Below, piece after piece: positions 56,405 to 64,000 of a DNA stretch of 64,000 nt. A program made the position numbers and the translations under genes. The stretch covers positions 224,001 through 288,000 of the forward strand of contig JAXMOL010000001.1 in the NCBI GenBank assembly GCA_034669905.1. Reading direction: 5' to 3'. Each line of letters opens with the position of its first letter. Positions within the stretch are counted from its first letter, which is position 1. Source of the DNA: Candidatus Hydrogenedentota bacterium (GTDB lineage: Bacteria; Hydrogenedentota; Hydrogenedentia; Hydrogenedentales; JAEUWI01). A model generated the notes under the pieces. That model was given only the letters and a program-made list of their open reading frames with translations. It searched no databases and had not been told where the DNA came from.

Positions 56405-57841
56405 ATGTTGAAAGAGACTTACCCGTATTACCTCGCAAATAAACCCCAGCAGCCCAACGCGGACCTGGAGGTTTTCGACAAGTACACCGGTAAGGTTGCG
56501 ACCCGCGTGGCCATGGCCGATGAAGCGGCTATCGATCTCGCCATCGCCAAGGCGGTGGAAGCCGACGGCCCCATGCGCCGCATGCCCTCTTACAAACGCC
56601 AGGAAGTGCTGGAGCACTGCGTGGCGCGGTTTAAAGAGCGCTTCGACGAGCTGGCCGAGTCCCTCTGCATCGAAGGCGGCAAGCCCATCAAAGACAGCCG
56701 GGGCGAGGTATCCCGTCTCATCGACACCTTCAAGATTGCGGCCGAACTGTCGGTCGATATCGGTGGCGAAGTCCTTTCCATGGACCGAAGCGCCCGGGCC
56801 CACGGCTACAGCGGCATGACGAAGCGGGTACCCATTGGCCCCTGCTCCTTCATCTCGCCCTTCAACTTTCCGCTGAACCTGGCGGCCCACAAAGTGGCCC
56901 CGGCCCTGGCCGTGGGGTGTCCGTTCATCCTCAAGCCCGCGAGCCTGACACCCCTTGGCGCGATCATCATTGGCGAAATCCTCGCCGAGACCGATCTGCC
57001 CGAAGGTGCTTTCTCCATCCTGCCCTGTAAGCGCACCGGTGCCGCCCTCTTCACGGAAGACGAACGCCTCAAGTTCCTCAGTTTCACCGGCTCGCCCGAC
57101 GTGGGTTGGCAGCTCAAGGCGAACGCGGGTAAAAAGCCCGTCGTGCTCGAACTCGGTGGCAACGCCGCCTGTATCGTAGACGAAGACGCGGACCTCGACG
57201 ACGCCGTGGCGCGCATGCTGATTGGTGCCTTCTACCAGTCGGGACAGAGCTGCATCGGCGTTCAGCGCATCATCGTACATGAATCGAAGTATGACGCCTT
57301 CAAAGAGAAGTTCGTGGCGGAAACCAAGAAGCTGAAGGCCGGTGACCCCCGCGATGAAGACACCTTCATCGGGCCCATCATCTCCAAGGGCGAAGCGGAT
57401 CGCATGGAAAGCTGGATTAAGTCGGCCGTCGACAAGGGCGCGACCCTTCTCTGCGGTGGTGGCCGTGACGGCAACATGCTCGAAGCCACCATCCTCGAAA
57501 ACGTGGACGAGAACGAGCCCATGTACGCCGAGGAGTTCTTTGGACCCGCCTGCTTGCTCACCAAGTTCAGTGACTTCGACGAAGCGCTGGAGCAGGTGAA
57601 CAACAGTAAATTCGGCCTCCAGGCGGGCATATTCACCCGCGACATCTACAAGATTAACAAGGCGTGGGACGTACTCGATGTAGGCGGCGTGGTCATTGGC
57701 GACGTCCCCTCCTGGCGCGTGGATCACATGCCCTATGGTGGCGTGAAAGACAGCGGCCTCGGTCGCGAAGGCATTAAATACGCCATCGAAGACATGACCG
57801 AACTGCGACTGCTGGTCGTGCGCACGCCCCCGAATGTGTAA
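56405..57841 (+). CDS. NAD(P)-dependent aldehyde dehydrogenase
   Basis: PFNFP, FTGS, LELGGN, GQSC, EEFFGP and PYGGVKDSG motifs. Confidence 0.95.
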   Translation: MLKETYPYYLANKPQQPNADLEVFDKYTGKVATRVAMADEAAIDLAIAKAVEADGPMRRMPSYKRQEVLEHCVARFKERFDELAESLCIEGGKPIKDSRGEVSRLIDTFKIAAELSVDIGGEVLSMDRSARAHGYSGMTKRVPIGPCSFISPFNFPLNLAAHKVAPALAVGCPFILKPASLTPLGAIIIGEILAETDLPEGAFSILPCKRTGAALFTEDERLKFLSFTGSPDVGWQLKANAGKKPVVLELGGNAACIVDEDADLDDAVARMLIGAFYQSGQSCIGVQRIIVHESKYDAFKEKFVAETKKLKAGDPRDEDTFIGPIISKGEADRMESWIKSAVDKGATLLCGGGRDGNMLEATILENVDENEPMYAEEFFGPACLLTKFSDFDEALEQVNNSKFGLQAGIFTRDIYKINKAWDVLDVGGVVIGDVPSWRVDHMPYGGVKDSGLGREGIKYAIEDMTELRLLVVRTPPNV

Positions 57842-57863
57842 GCAACGAGCATAGACTGATTAC

Positions 57864-57894
57864 AGGGCCACCGTTGGCGAGACGGTGGCCCTTT
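57864..57894 (+). terminator. Intrinsic terminator after the aldehyde dehydrogenase
   Basis: agggccaccgt-tggcgag-acggtggccct followed by ttc. Confidence 0.7.
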
Positions 57895-57910
57895 CTGGTG
57901 GGGGAGTTGA

Positions 57911-57972
57911 GTGGACAATGTGGACGTGGTGGACGGGAAACGCGCAAGGTCCACCTTGTCCACCAAGTCCAC
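57911..57972. repeat. 9-nt periodic GTGGAC/GTCCAC inverted array
   Basis: gtggacaat-gtggacgtg-gtggac ... gtccacctt-gtccaccaa-gtccac. Confidence 0.75.
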
Positions 57973-58038
57973 AAGACGGCCCTTGCCACCTCGTCCACCC
58001 GCTTGCTTCCGCGGGGTCGCCCCTGCTTAAATGCCCCC

Positions 58039-58896
58039 ATGGCACCACCCCAGCCCCACGGCACCGCTACCATCGGCCTGATTCAATTCGCCGGTATCCC
58101 CGGTGAAAAGCCGCGAAACATCGACACCGCCACCCGGCTCATTCGTGAGGGCGCGGCGGCGGGTGCCCAGGTCGTCATGACACCGGAAGTGGCCCTTAGC
58201 GGTTTCGTGGGCGGCGACGCGGAGCGGGCCATGGCGGAAGCGATTCCCGGGCCGAGCACGGACCACTTTGCCGCCCTCGCACGGGAGCTCGATTGCTACA
58301 TCCTCGTCGGCCTTTCCGAACTGCGCGATGGGCACCTCTACAACGCCATGGTGACCATTGACCGGCAGGGAGAAGTGGTAGGCGTCATGCGCAAGGTCCA
58401 CATCAACCGCCACGAAATTCCCGGCGGCTGGCGCAATGGCTCGGAGTTCCCCGTGTGGCGCTTCGAAACCGAGACAGGGGCCTTCACGGGGGGCATCATG
58501 ATTTGTTACGACCGCGAGCACCCGGAAAGTGCGCGGCTGCTCATGCTCCAGGGCGCTGACGTTATTTTTAATCCACTGGCGTGTCCCTGCCCCACCGACG
58601 ATATCCACCGCTGCCTGCTGCGTACCCGGGCCTTTGAAAACGAAGTCTACCTCTGCATGGTGAACCACGCGGCTCCCCGGGAGAATGGGCACAGTATGGT
58701 GATAGACCCGGAAGGTACCATTGTCGAAGAGGCGGGCGAGGAAGAGACCGTGCTCGTGACGACCCTTGACCTGGATCGCCTCAAGGCCTACCGAGAGAAT
58801 TCGATCTACGGCATGCACCACCGCCGGCCGGAGTTGTATGGGCCCCTATGCGACACGAAGGGTCGGATGCATCCCCCGGAGGCGAATCTGCCGTAG
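58039..58896 (+). CDS. Carbon-nitrogen hydrolase (nitrilase/amidase) family
   Basis: Catalytic triad TPE, RKVH, ICYD; GHSMVIDP; RRPELY. Confidence 0.92.
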   Translation: MAPPQPHGTATIGLIQFAGIPGEKPRNIDTATRLIREGAAAGAQVVMTPEVALSGFVGGDAERAMAEAIPGPSTDHFAALARELDCYILVGLSELRDGHLYNAMVTIDRQGEVVGVMRKVHINRHEIPGGWRNGSEFPVWRFETETGAFTGGIMICYDREHPESARLLMLQGADVIFNPLACPCPTDDIHRCLLRTRAFENEVYLCMVNHAAPRENGHSMVIDPEGTIVEEAGEEETVLVTTLDLDRLKAYRENSIYGMHHRRPELYGPLCDTKGRMHPPEANLP

Positions 58897-59017
58897 GAGC
58901 GACATGACCATGCCAGGAAATTGACGGATTCCAAGACCACCTCGGAGTGCCACAGGCCCGAGAAGGTTAGCCCGTCAAGGGGCACAACAGGCCTACCCAC
59001 CGCTTCCAACGCAATCT

Positions 59018-59268
59018 ACGGGTGCCACCCTCAAGCGTTGTGGCGAAGCCACAGAAGCTTGTGGGTGACGTTGAATAACCATAGCCCCTCAAGACATGGC
59101 CCTGCCTCAGAATAATCCGCACCCACAAAGGCGGTCGCGGAACTCCCGTCTTTGAGGGTGGCACCCCAACGTCATCAACGCAAACCACGGGTGCCACGGG
59201 CAGGCCCGCAGGGATTTGCCCGTGCATTCGACTCCCCACTGTCAACTATCAACTATCCACCGTCAACT
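59018..59268. repeat. GGGTGCCAC REP-like cluster plus a 7-nt TCAACTA periodic tract
   Basis: gggtgccaccctcaa (about 59020) is inverted relative to ttgagggtggcaccc (about 59152); another acgggtgccac at 59187; tgtcaactatcaactatccaccgtcaactac at about 59240. Confidence 0.6.
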
Positions 59269-59656
59269 ACTCCCCCTCCTTCTCCTCCAGCAAGCCTTTC
59301 AACCCCTCAAAGGCGTTGTGCCCCAAGGTGACTTCGGTCGTGCCGAGGCCCGTGTTGCCGGTGCTCTCCCGCTCCACGGCGTCCTGGTGTTCATCGTCGT
59401 GGCAGTAGAGACACAACAGCTCCCAGTTACTGCCGTCGGGCGGGTTGTTGTCGTGGTTATGGTCTTTGTGGTGGACCGTGAGCTCCCGCATGGCGGCGCC
59501 TTCGAATTCCTTGCCGCAGCGGGCGCAGACGTGGGGAAAGAGGGCAAGGGCCTTTTCGCGGTAGCCCTTGCTCCGGTTTTCCTGGTAACCCCGGGCGCGG
59601 GCGGCAATGGCGGCGAGCTTTTCAGGGTCTATTTTAGTTTTCTTGCGGCGTATCAT
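59267..59656 (-). CDS. YajD-like HNH nuclease-domain protein
   Basis: YREKAL.LFPHVCARCG.EF; LTVHHKDHNHDNNPPDGSNWELLCLYCHDDEH. Confidence 0.9.
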   Translation of the reverse strand: MIRRKKTKIDPEKLAAIAARARGYQENRSKGYREKALALFPHVCARCGKEFEGAAMRELTVHHKDHNHDNNPPDGSNWELLCLYCHDDEHQDAVERESTGNTGLGTTEVTLGHNAFEGLKGLLEEKEGE

Positions 59657-59725
59657 CGGGCCTCTCCGGGAATGTGTTGCGTCTGGCATTATGGTAGCAA
59701 GTTTGGTGGCACGCTACCAAGCGTT

Positions 59726-60205
59726 GAAAGGTCCAAAAGGACGGAAAGGACTTAAAGGACATTGGGCGCCAATACAACGGGAAGTTCTCGCAAAAGAGTC
59801 TCTTTTGAATTCCACGAACTAAGTCCGCGTAGCGGACAACGGCTTGAAGCCTGGGGTGGAGCGCAGCGGAACCCCAGGACCCAACGTCGAAAACAGTACA
59901 AGCCCGCGTAGCGGGCGATGGCCGGAACGCCGATGAATCCCTCACCAAACATGAAATCCTCACCACTATCCGCCACCCGCTCCGCGGGTTCGTAAATTTA
60001 CCGCCATGAAACCTGGGGTTCACTCGTACCTCGCTTCACCCCAGGCTATACGCCTCAACCCGCTTCGCGGGCTAAGTGCAACGAATTGCCGCGTTACCCC
60101 GTCTCGCCCGAAACTCAAGTTACTGCCGCAAATCGACCTCTCCCCTTTTCCCTCAGCTCGAACCGTGCGCCGTCCTTTTCGTCCTTTGAGTCCTCTAGGT
60201 CCTTT
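59726..60205. repeat. Composite repeat: inverted AAGGAC 9-mer arrays enclosing CGCGTAGCGG and CCTGGGGT..ACCCCAGG palindromes
   Basis: aaaggtccaaaaggacggaaaggacttaaaggac ... cctggggtggagcgcagcggaaccccagg ... agcccgcgtagcgggc ... cctggggttcactcgtacctcgcttcaccccagg ... gtccttttcgtcctttgagtcctctaggtccttt. Confidence 0.75.
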
Positions 60206-60298
60206 GCTTCCCCGTGCCCCTTCCCACCATGCGTTTTTCGGCGCCAGATGCTACACTGTTCTTTCCCTAACATCTCTTCTAACAGGAGCCCCATCACG

Positions 60299-61939
60299 AT
60301 GAATCGATTCTATGCCTGGGCCCTTTGTGGCCTGCTCTCCCTCGGTCTTTCCCCCTTCGCAGGCGCCGAAACCATCACCGCCGATGTGGTCGTCTATGGC
60401 GGCACCTCTTCCGCCGTGATGACGGCCGTGCAGGTGGCGCGCCTCGACAAGACGGTGGTGATCGTTTCACCGGACAAACACCTGGGCGGACTCACAGCCG
60501 GTGGACTGGGGTGGACCGATGCGGGCAACATGAATGCGGTGGGCGGTCTTGCCCTCGAGTTTTACCGCCGCATCCACGATCACTACGAACAGGACAGTGC
60601 CTGGCGCCAACAGACCCGGGAAGAATTCCGCGCCCCCGGCTCGCGTTCGGCCAAGATGTATGGCAAGGGCAACGCCGTCTGGTCCTTCGAGCCCCACGTG
60701 GCGGAACAGACCTTCGAAGGCTACATCGCGGAACTCAAGTTCCCAGTGCACCGCGAAGCCCTGCTCAATCGCGAGACCGGTGTGGAAGTCAAGGAAGGGA
60801 AGATTCAGTCTATCACCACCCTGGAGGGCGACACCTTTGTGGGCAAGATTTTCGTCGATGCCACCTATGAGGGCGACCTCCTCGCCGCAGCGGGCGTTTC
60901 CTATCACGTGGGTCGGGAAGCCAACGCGGTCTATGGCGAAGAATGGAATGGGGTGCAGGTGGGCATCCTCCACCACGGCCACCACTTCAAAACGGATATC
61001 AGCCCCTATGTCGTTCCCGGTGATCCCGAGAGCGGCTTGCTCTATGGTGTGAGTGACGCGGACCCCGGTGTGCGCGGCGAAGCCGACCAACGCATCCAGG
61101 CCTATTGCTTTCGCATGTGTCTGACCAACGCGCCGGAAAACCGGGTGCCTTTCGCCAAACCGGAAGGCTATGACCCCGCGAAATACGAATTGCTCGCCCG
61201 CGTCCTGGCTTCGGGTTGGAATGAAGTTTTCCAGAAGTTCGACCCCGCGCCGAACCGCAAGACCGACACGAACAACCACGGCCCCTTCAGCACGGACTTT
61301 ATCGGCATGAACTACGACTACCCGGAGGGCAGCTACGAACGGCGCCGTGAAATCATCGCCGAGCATGAGCAGTATCAAAAGGGCCTCATGTATTTCCTCG
61401 CCAATGACCCGAAGGTACCCGAAGCAATCCGCACCGAGATGTCCACCTGGGGTCTCGCGAAGGACGAGTTCACCGACAATGGCAACTGGCCCCACCAGCT
61501 CTATATTCGGGAAGCCCGGCGCATGATTGGGGCCTATGTGATGACGGAGCACGATGTGTTGAATAAGCGGAAGGTGCCCAAACCCGTGGGCATGGGTTCC
61601 TACACGATGGATTCTCACAATGTGCAGCGCTACATCAAGCCCGATGGCTTCGTGCAAAACGAAGGGGACATCGGCGTGAAAACGCCCACCTATCAAATCA
61701 GCTACGACGCCCTCACGCCGAAGAAGGACGAATGCGAAAACCTGCTGGTTCCCGTGTGCGCCTCGACCTCCCACATTGCCTATGGCTCGATTCGCATGGA
61801 GCCCGTGTTTATGATTCTGGGACAGAGCGCGGGCGCCGCGGCGGTGCAGGCGATTGACGCCGAATGCGCCGTGCAGGAGGTGGACTATGGGGTGTTGAAA
61901 AGGACCCTGGAAGCCGCCGACCAGCGCCTGGCGCTATAG
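60299..61939 (+). CDS. Secreted FAD-dependent oxidoreductase (FAD_oxidored family)
   Basis: Signal peptide; DVVVYGGT Rossmann start; DATYEGDL; QAYCFRMC; YIREARRM; SIRMEPVFM. Confidence 0.88.
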   Translation: MNRFYAWALCGLLSLGLSPFAGAETITADVVVYGGTSSAVMTAVQVARLDKTVVIVSPDKHLGGLTAGGLGWTDAGNMNAVGGLALEFYRRIHDHYEQDSAWRQQTREEFRAPGSRSAKMYGKGNAVWSFEPHVAEQTFEGYIAELKFPVHREALLNRETGVEVKEGKIQSITTLEGDTFVGKIFVDATYEGDLLAAAGVSYHVGREANAVYGEEWNGVQVGILHHGHHFKTDISPYVVPGDPESGLLYGVSDADPGVRGEADQRIQAYCFRMCLTNAPENRVPFAKPEGYDPAKYELLARVLASGWNEVFQKFDPAPNRKTDTNNHGPFSTDFIGMNYDYPEGSYERRREIIAEHEQYQKGLMYFLANDPKVPEAIRTEMSTWGLAKDEFTDNGNWPHQLYIREARRMIGAYVMTEHDVLNKRKVPKPVGMGSYTMDSHNVQRYIKPDGFVQNEGDIGVKTPTYQISYDALTPKKDECENLLVPVCASTSHIAYGSIRMEPVFMILGQSAGAAAVQAIDAECAVQEVDYGVLKRTLEAADQRLAL

Positions 61940-61940
61940 G

Positions 61941-62330
61941 GAAAAGGACCTAAAGGACGGAAACGACCTAAAGGACCGTTTCCTCTCGTTCCCAGGCTCC
62001 GCCTGGGAATGCAGTCCCCGGAGCTCTGCTCCGAGACACGTCATCCCCGCGAAGGCGGGGATCCAGCAACGTGAATACAGACCGCTATGGAACCCACTGG
62101 ATTCCCGCCTCCGCGGGAATGACGTTCCGGGTCATTGCAGTCCCCGAGCGCTGCTCCGAAAGATCGTACGACGCAGACTCATCCTTGGAACCAGAAACTT
62201 AACAGACAGTCGTCATCCCCGCGAAGGCGGGGATCCAGCAACGTGAATACAGACCGCTATGGAACCCACTGGATTCCCACCTGCGCGGGGATGGCCTTTT
62301 CTCTCGCTCCCAGGCGGATCCCGGGAACGA
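61941..62330. repeat. Mosaic repeat cluster: AAGGAC array, TTCCCAGG..CCTGGGAA element and two direct copies of an ~85-bp GTCATCCCCGCGAAGGCGGGGATCCA element
   Basis: 62039-62124 and 62211-62296 are near-identical (offset 172). Each is an inverted pair around the spacer gcaacgtgaatacagaccgctatggaacccac. Confidence 0.85.
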
Positions 62331-62357
62331 AAAATTAATACACAGACTGGAGAAAAC

Positions 62358-64000
62358 GTGAACTACCTCAAGGCAATCACCACAGGCCTGTTGGCCCTGA
62401 CCTGCACCCTGGCCCCGGCGCAACGCCCCGAACTGGCCGACGACCTTCCCCTCATCGACGGCGACTGGTCCAATGATTCCGACAAATTCAGCTTTGTCAT
62501 CCTTGGCGATAAGACCAGCGGTGGCGAAGGCAAGTGGCCCATCTATGACCGGGCCGTGGACTCCATCAATCTGCTGAATCCCGACTTCGTCATCAGCGTG
62601 GGCGATATGATTCCGGGCCACATGGATACACGCGGCCCCTGGGATGCCGAGTGGGCCGAGTATATGGACCACGCGAAACGTATCGAGGCCCCTCTCTTTT
62701 TCACGGTGGGCAACCACGATATCTCCAACCTGGAAACCTATCGGTGGTGGCAGGAAGACTTCGGCCGCACCTATTATTCCTTCGACTATAAGGGCTGCCA
62801 CTTCCTCAGCTTCAACACCGAAGAAGAACGCATCGACGGCCGGGGGCCCGCCTGGCAGAAGATGATGGACTGGATGCGCAAGGACCTCGCCGCCGCCAAG
62901 GACGCGCGCCATACCTTTGTGTTTTTCCACAAGCCCATGTGGGACGACCCCCGCTTTGAAGACGACTGGGCCGAGCTGGAGGTAGCACTGTCCGACCGGG
63001 CTTTCACGGTGGTGGCAGGTCATGAGCATTACCACAGCACGGAGTTCCGGGGCGACGACACCTATGTCATTCAAAGCGCCACGGGCGGCGGCATCGATTT
63101 AAGCGCCGTCAAAAAGTGGGGCGCCTTCCACAGCTTCGGTTTCGTCACCGTGGATGGCAATGAAACCCGTTACGCCGTGGTAGAACCCGAGGGCGGCATC
63201 TGGCCCGTCGATGTGGCCCCCGCCGCGTTCCGCAAAGCCATCACCCATAAGCTGGTAAAGACGGACACCCTCGCTGGTGTGGAATTCACGGTGGAGGACG
63301 TCAAGCTCCAGACGCGCTTCACCCTGAACAACGTTTTGGATAAGGAAGTCACCATTCGCGTGGTGTTGGAAGAATTTCAGCGCTCCGGATGGGTCGTGCC
63401 CCTCCGGGTCAATGGCGACTGGAAAATCGACGAGGACGCGCTGGTTATTGAAGCCACCCTTCCCGCCGGTGCGACGAAGGAGATTCCCCTTTCCCTCTCC
63501 GTGCCCCGCGCCCGTCTTGCCTATCCGCCCAACGTGGGCTGGTCGGTCCAGTATGATGGCCACTGGCTCAACAAAGAGGGCATGCGCATGGTCGAAATCA
63601 CGACCGTGCCGATTCATCCGGTAGCCAGCTACCGTGCCCCGGAAACCGTCCAGCTCGTCGGCCCCTTCACGCTAGGTCCCATCGACACGAGCCACCTGCC
63701 CGAAGCGCCGGAAAAAGCCAACGCCAACTTTTATCGCACCTTTGGTCCGGAGGGTGGCTTTGAAGCCGACGCGACTTACGCCGATGGACTCATCTGGCAG
63801 ACGGTACAGCCCCAGGGCTTTGGCCTGGTGAATGGAAACTCCCTCATGGGCACCCTCGACCACGTGGCGGCCTATGTGGCGTGTGCCGTGTATTCGCCGA
63901 AGGCCCAGGTCACCCATGCCGTGGTGGGCGCGGATAATTTTTCCCAGACCTATGTGAACGGTGCGCTGGTGGAAAACGGACAGGCCTTTGGCGGCCATGG
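62358..64000 (+). CDS. Secreted calcineurin-like metallophosphoesterase, 3' truncated (missing from the ORF track)
   Basis: GGAG RBS and GTG at 62358; MNYLKAITTGLLALTCTLAPA signal; ILGDKT, VGDMI, VGNHD, FHKP and AGHEH motifs. Confidence 0.85.
   Translation, partial: MNYLKAITTGLLALTCTLAPAQRPELADDLPLIDGDWSNDSDKFSFVILGDKTSGGEGKWPIYDRAVDSINLLNPDFVISVGDMIPGHMDTRGPWDAEWAEYMDHAKRIEAPLFFTVGNHDISNLETYRWWQEDFGRTYYSFDYKGCHFLSFNTEEERIDGRGPAWQKMMDWMRKDLAAAKDARHTFVFFHKPMWDDPRFEDDWAELEVALSDRAFTVVAGHEHYHSTEFRGDDTYVIQSATGGGIDLSAVKKWGAFHSFGFVTVDGNETRYAVVEPEGGIWPVDVAPAAFRKAITHKLVKTDTLAGVEFTVEDVKLQTRFTLNNVLDKEVTIRVVLEEFQRSGWVVPLRVNGDWKIDEDALVIEATLPAGATKEIPLSLSVPRARLAYPPNVGWSVQYDGHWLNKEGMRMVEITTVPIHPVASYRAPETVQLVGPFTLGPIDTSHLPEAPEKANANFYRTFGPEGGFEADATYADGLIWQTVQPQGFGLVNGNSLMGTLDHVAAYVACAVYSPKAQVTHAVVGADNFSQTYVNGALVENGQAFGGH

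Noticed and set aside
54575..57727. Long minus-strand ORFs (565 aa and 464 aa)
   Set aside because: Antisense shadows of the ThDP enzyme and ALDH genes.
59267..59656. HNH protein as a homing or defence nuclease
   Set aside because: It matches the conserved chromosomal YajD-like type and has no intron, methylase or immunity context.
62039..62296. Possible CRISPR array
   Set aside because: Only two ~85-bp copies with an identical internal spacer, no series of unique spacers and no cas genes. It fits a REP doublet.

Overview
GC-rich bacterial chromosomal segment. The gene content (DUF1501, DUF1549/DUF1553 planctomycete-type cytochrome c proteins, DUF1080, DUF5107-TPR, Tat-exported Gfo/Idh/MocA and xylose-isomerase-like proteins, type-2 IleRS) suggests a PVC-like or Hydrogenedentota-like organism; this is inference. 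It holds about 45 protein-coding genes, one tRNA-Arg(ACG), a surface-glycan locus rich in large polytopic membrane proteins, an AT-richer islet with two methyltransferases, and many families of short intergenic palindromic or periodic repeats. I saw no CRISPR array, rRNA, integrase or transposase. The best candidate for an undescribed system lies at about 16630-17860 and is absent from the ORF track. It is a diverged tandem duplication with a period of about 660 bp. Each unit has a sigma54-type promoter, a conserved 5' UTR, an AGGAGG RBS, a 44- or 56-aa ORF and a terminator. Each ORF has a double-glycine leader followed by a beta-strand-like core YKL(K/T)NVVVSS that resembles an Hcp strand. 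In copy 1 this core is repeated with only synonymous differences. No maturase or exporter is recognisable in the window. Other highlights are a diheme cytochrome c/LRR protein ending in five 7-Cys/1-His repeats, an HtrA protease paired with an apparently catalytically dead paralog, and a gene that appears chimeric at the edge of the AT-rich islet. All family assignments come from motif recognition by eye, not from database searches.
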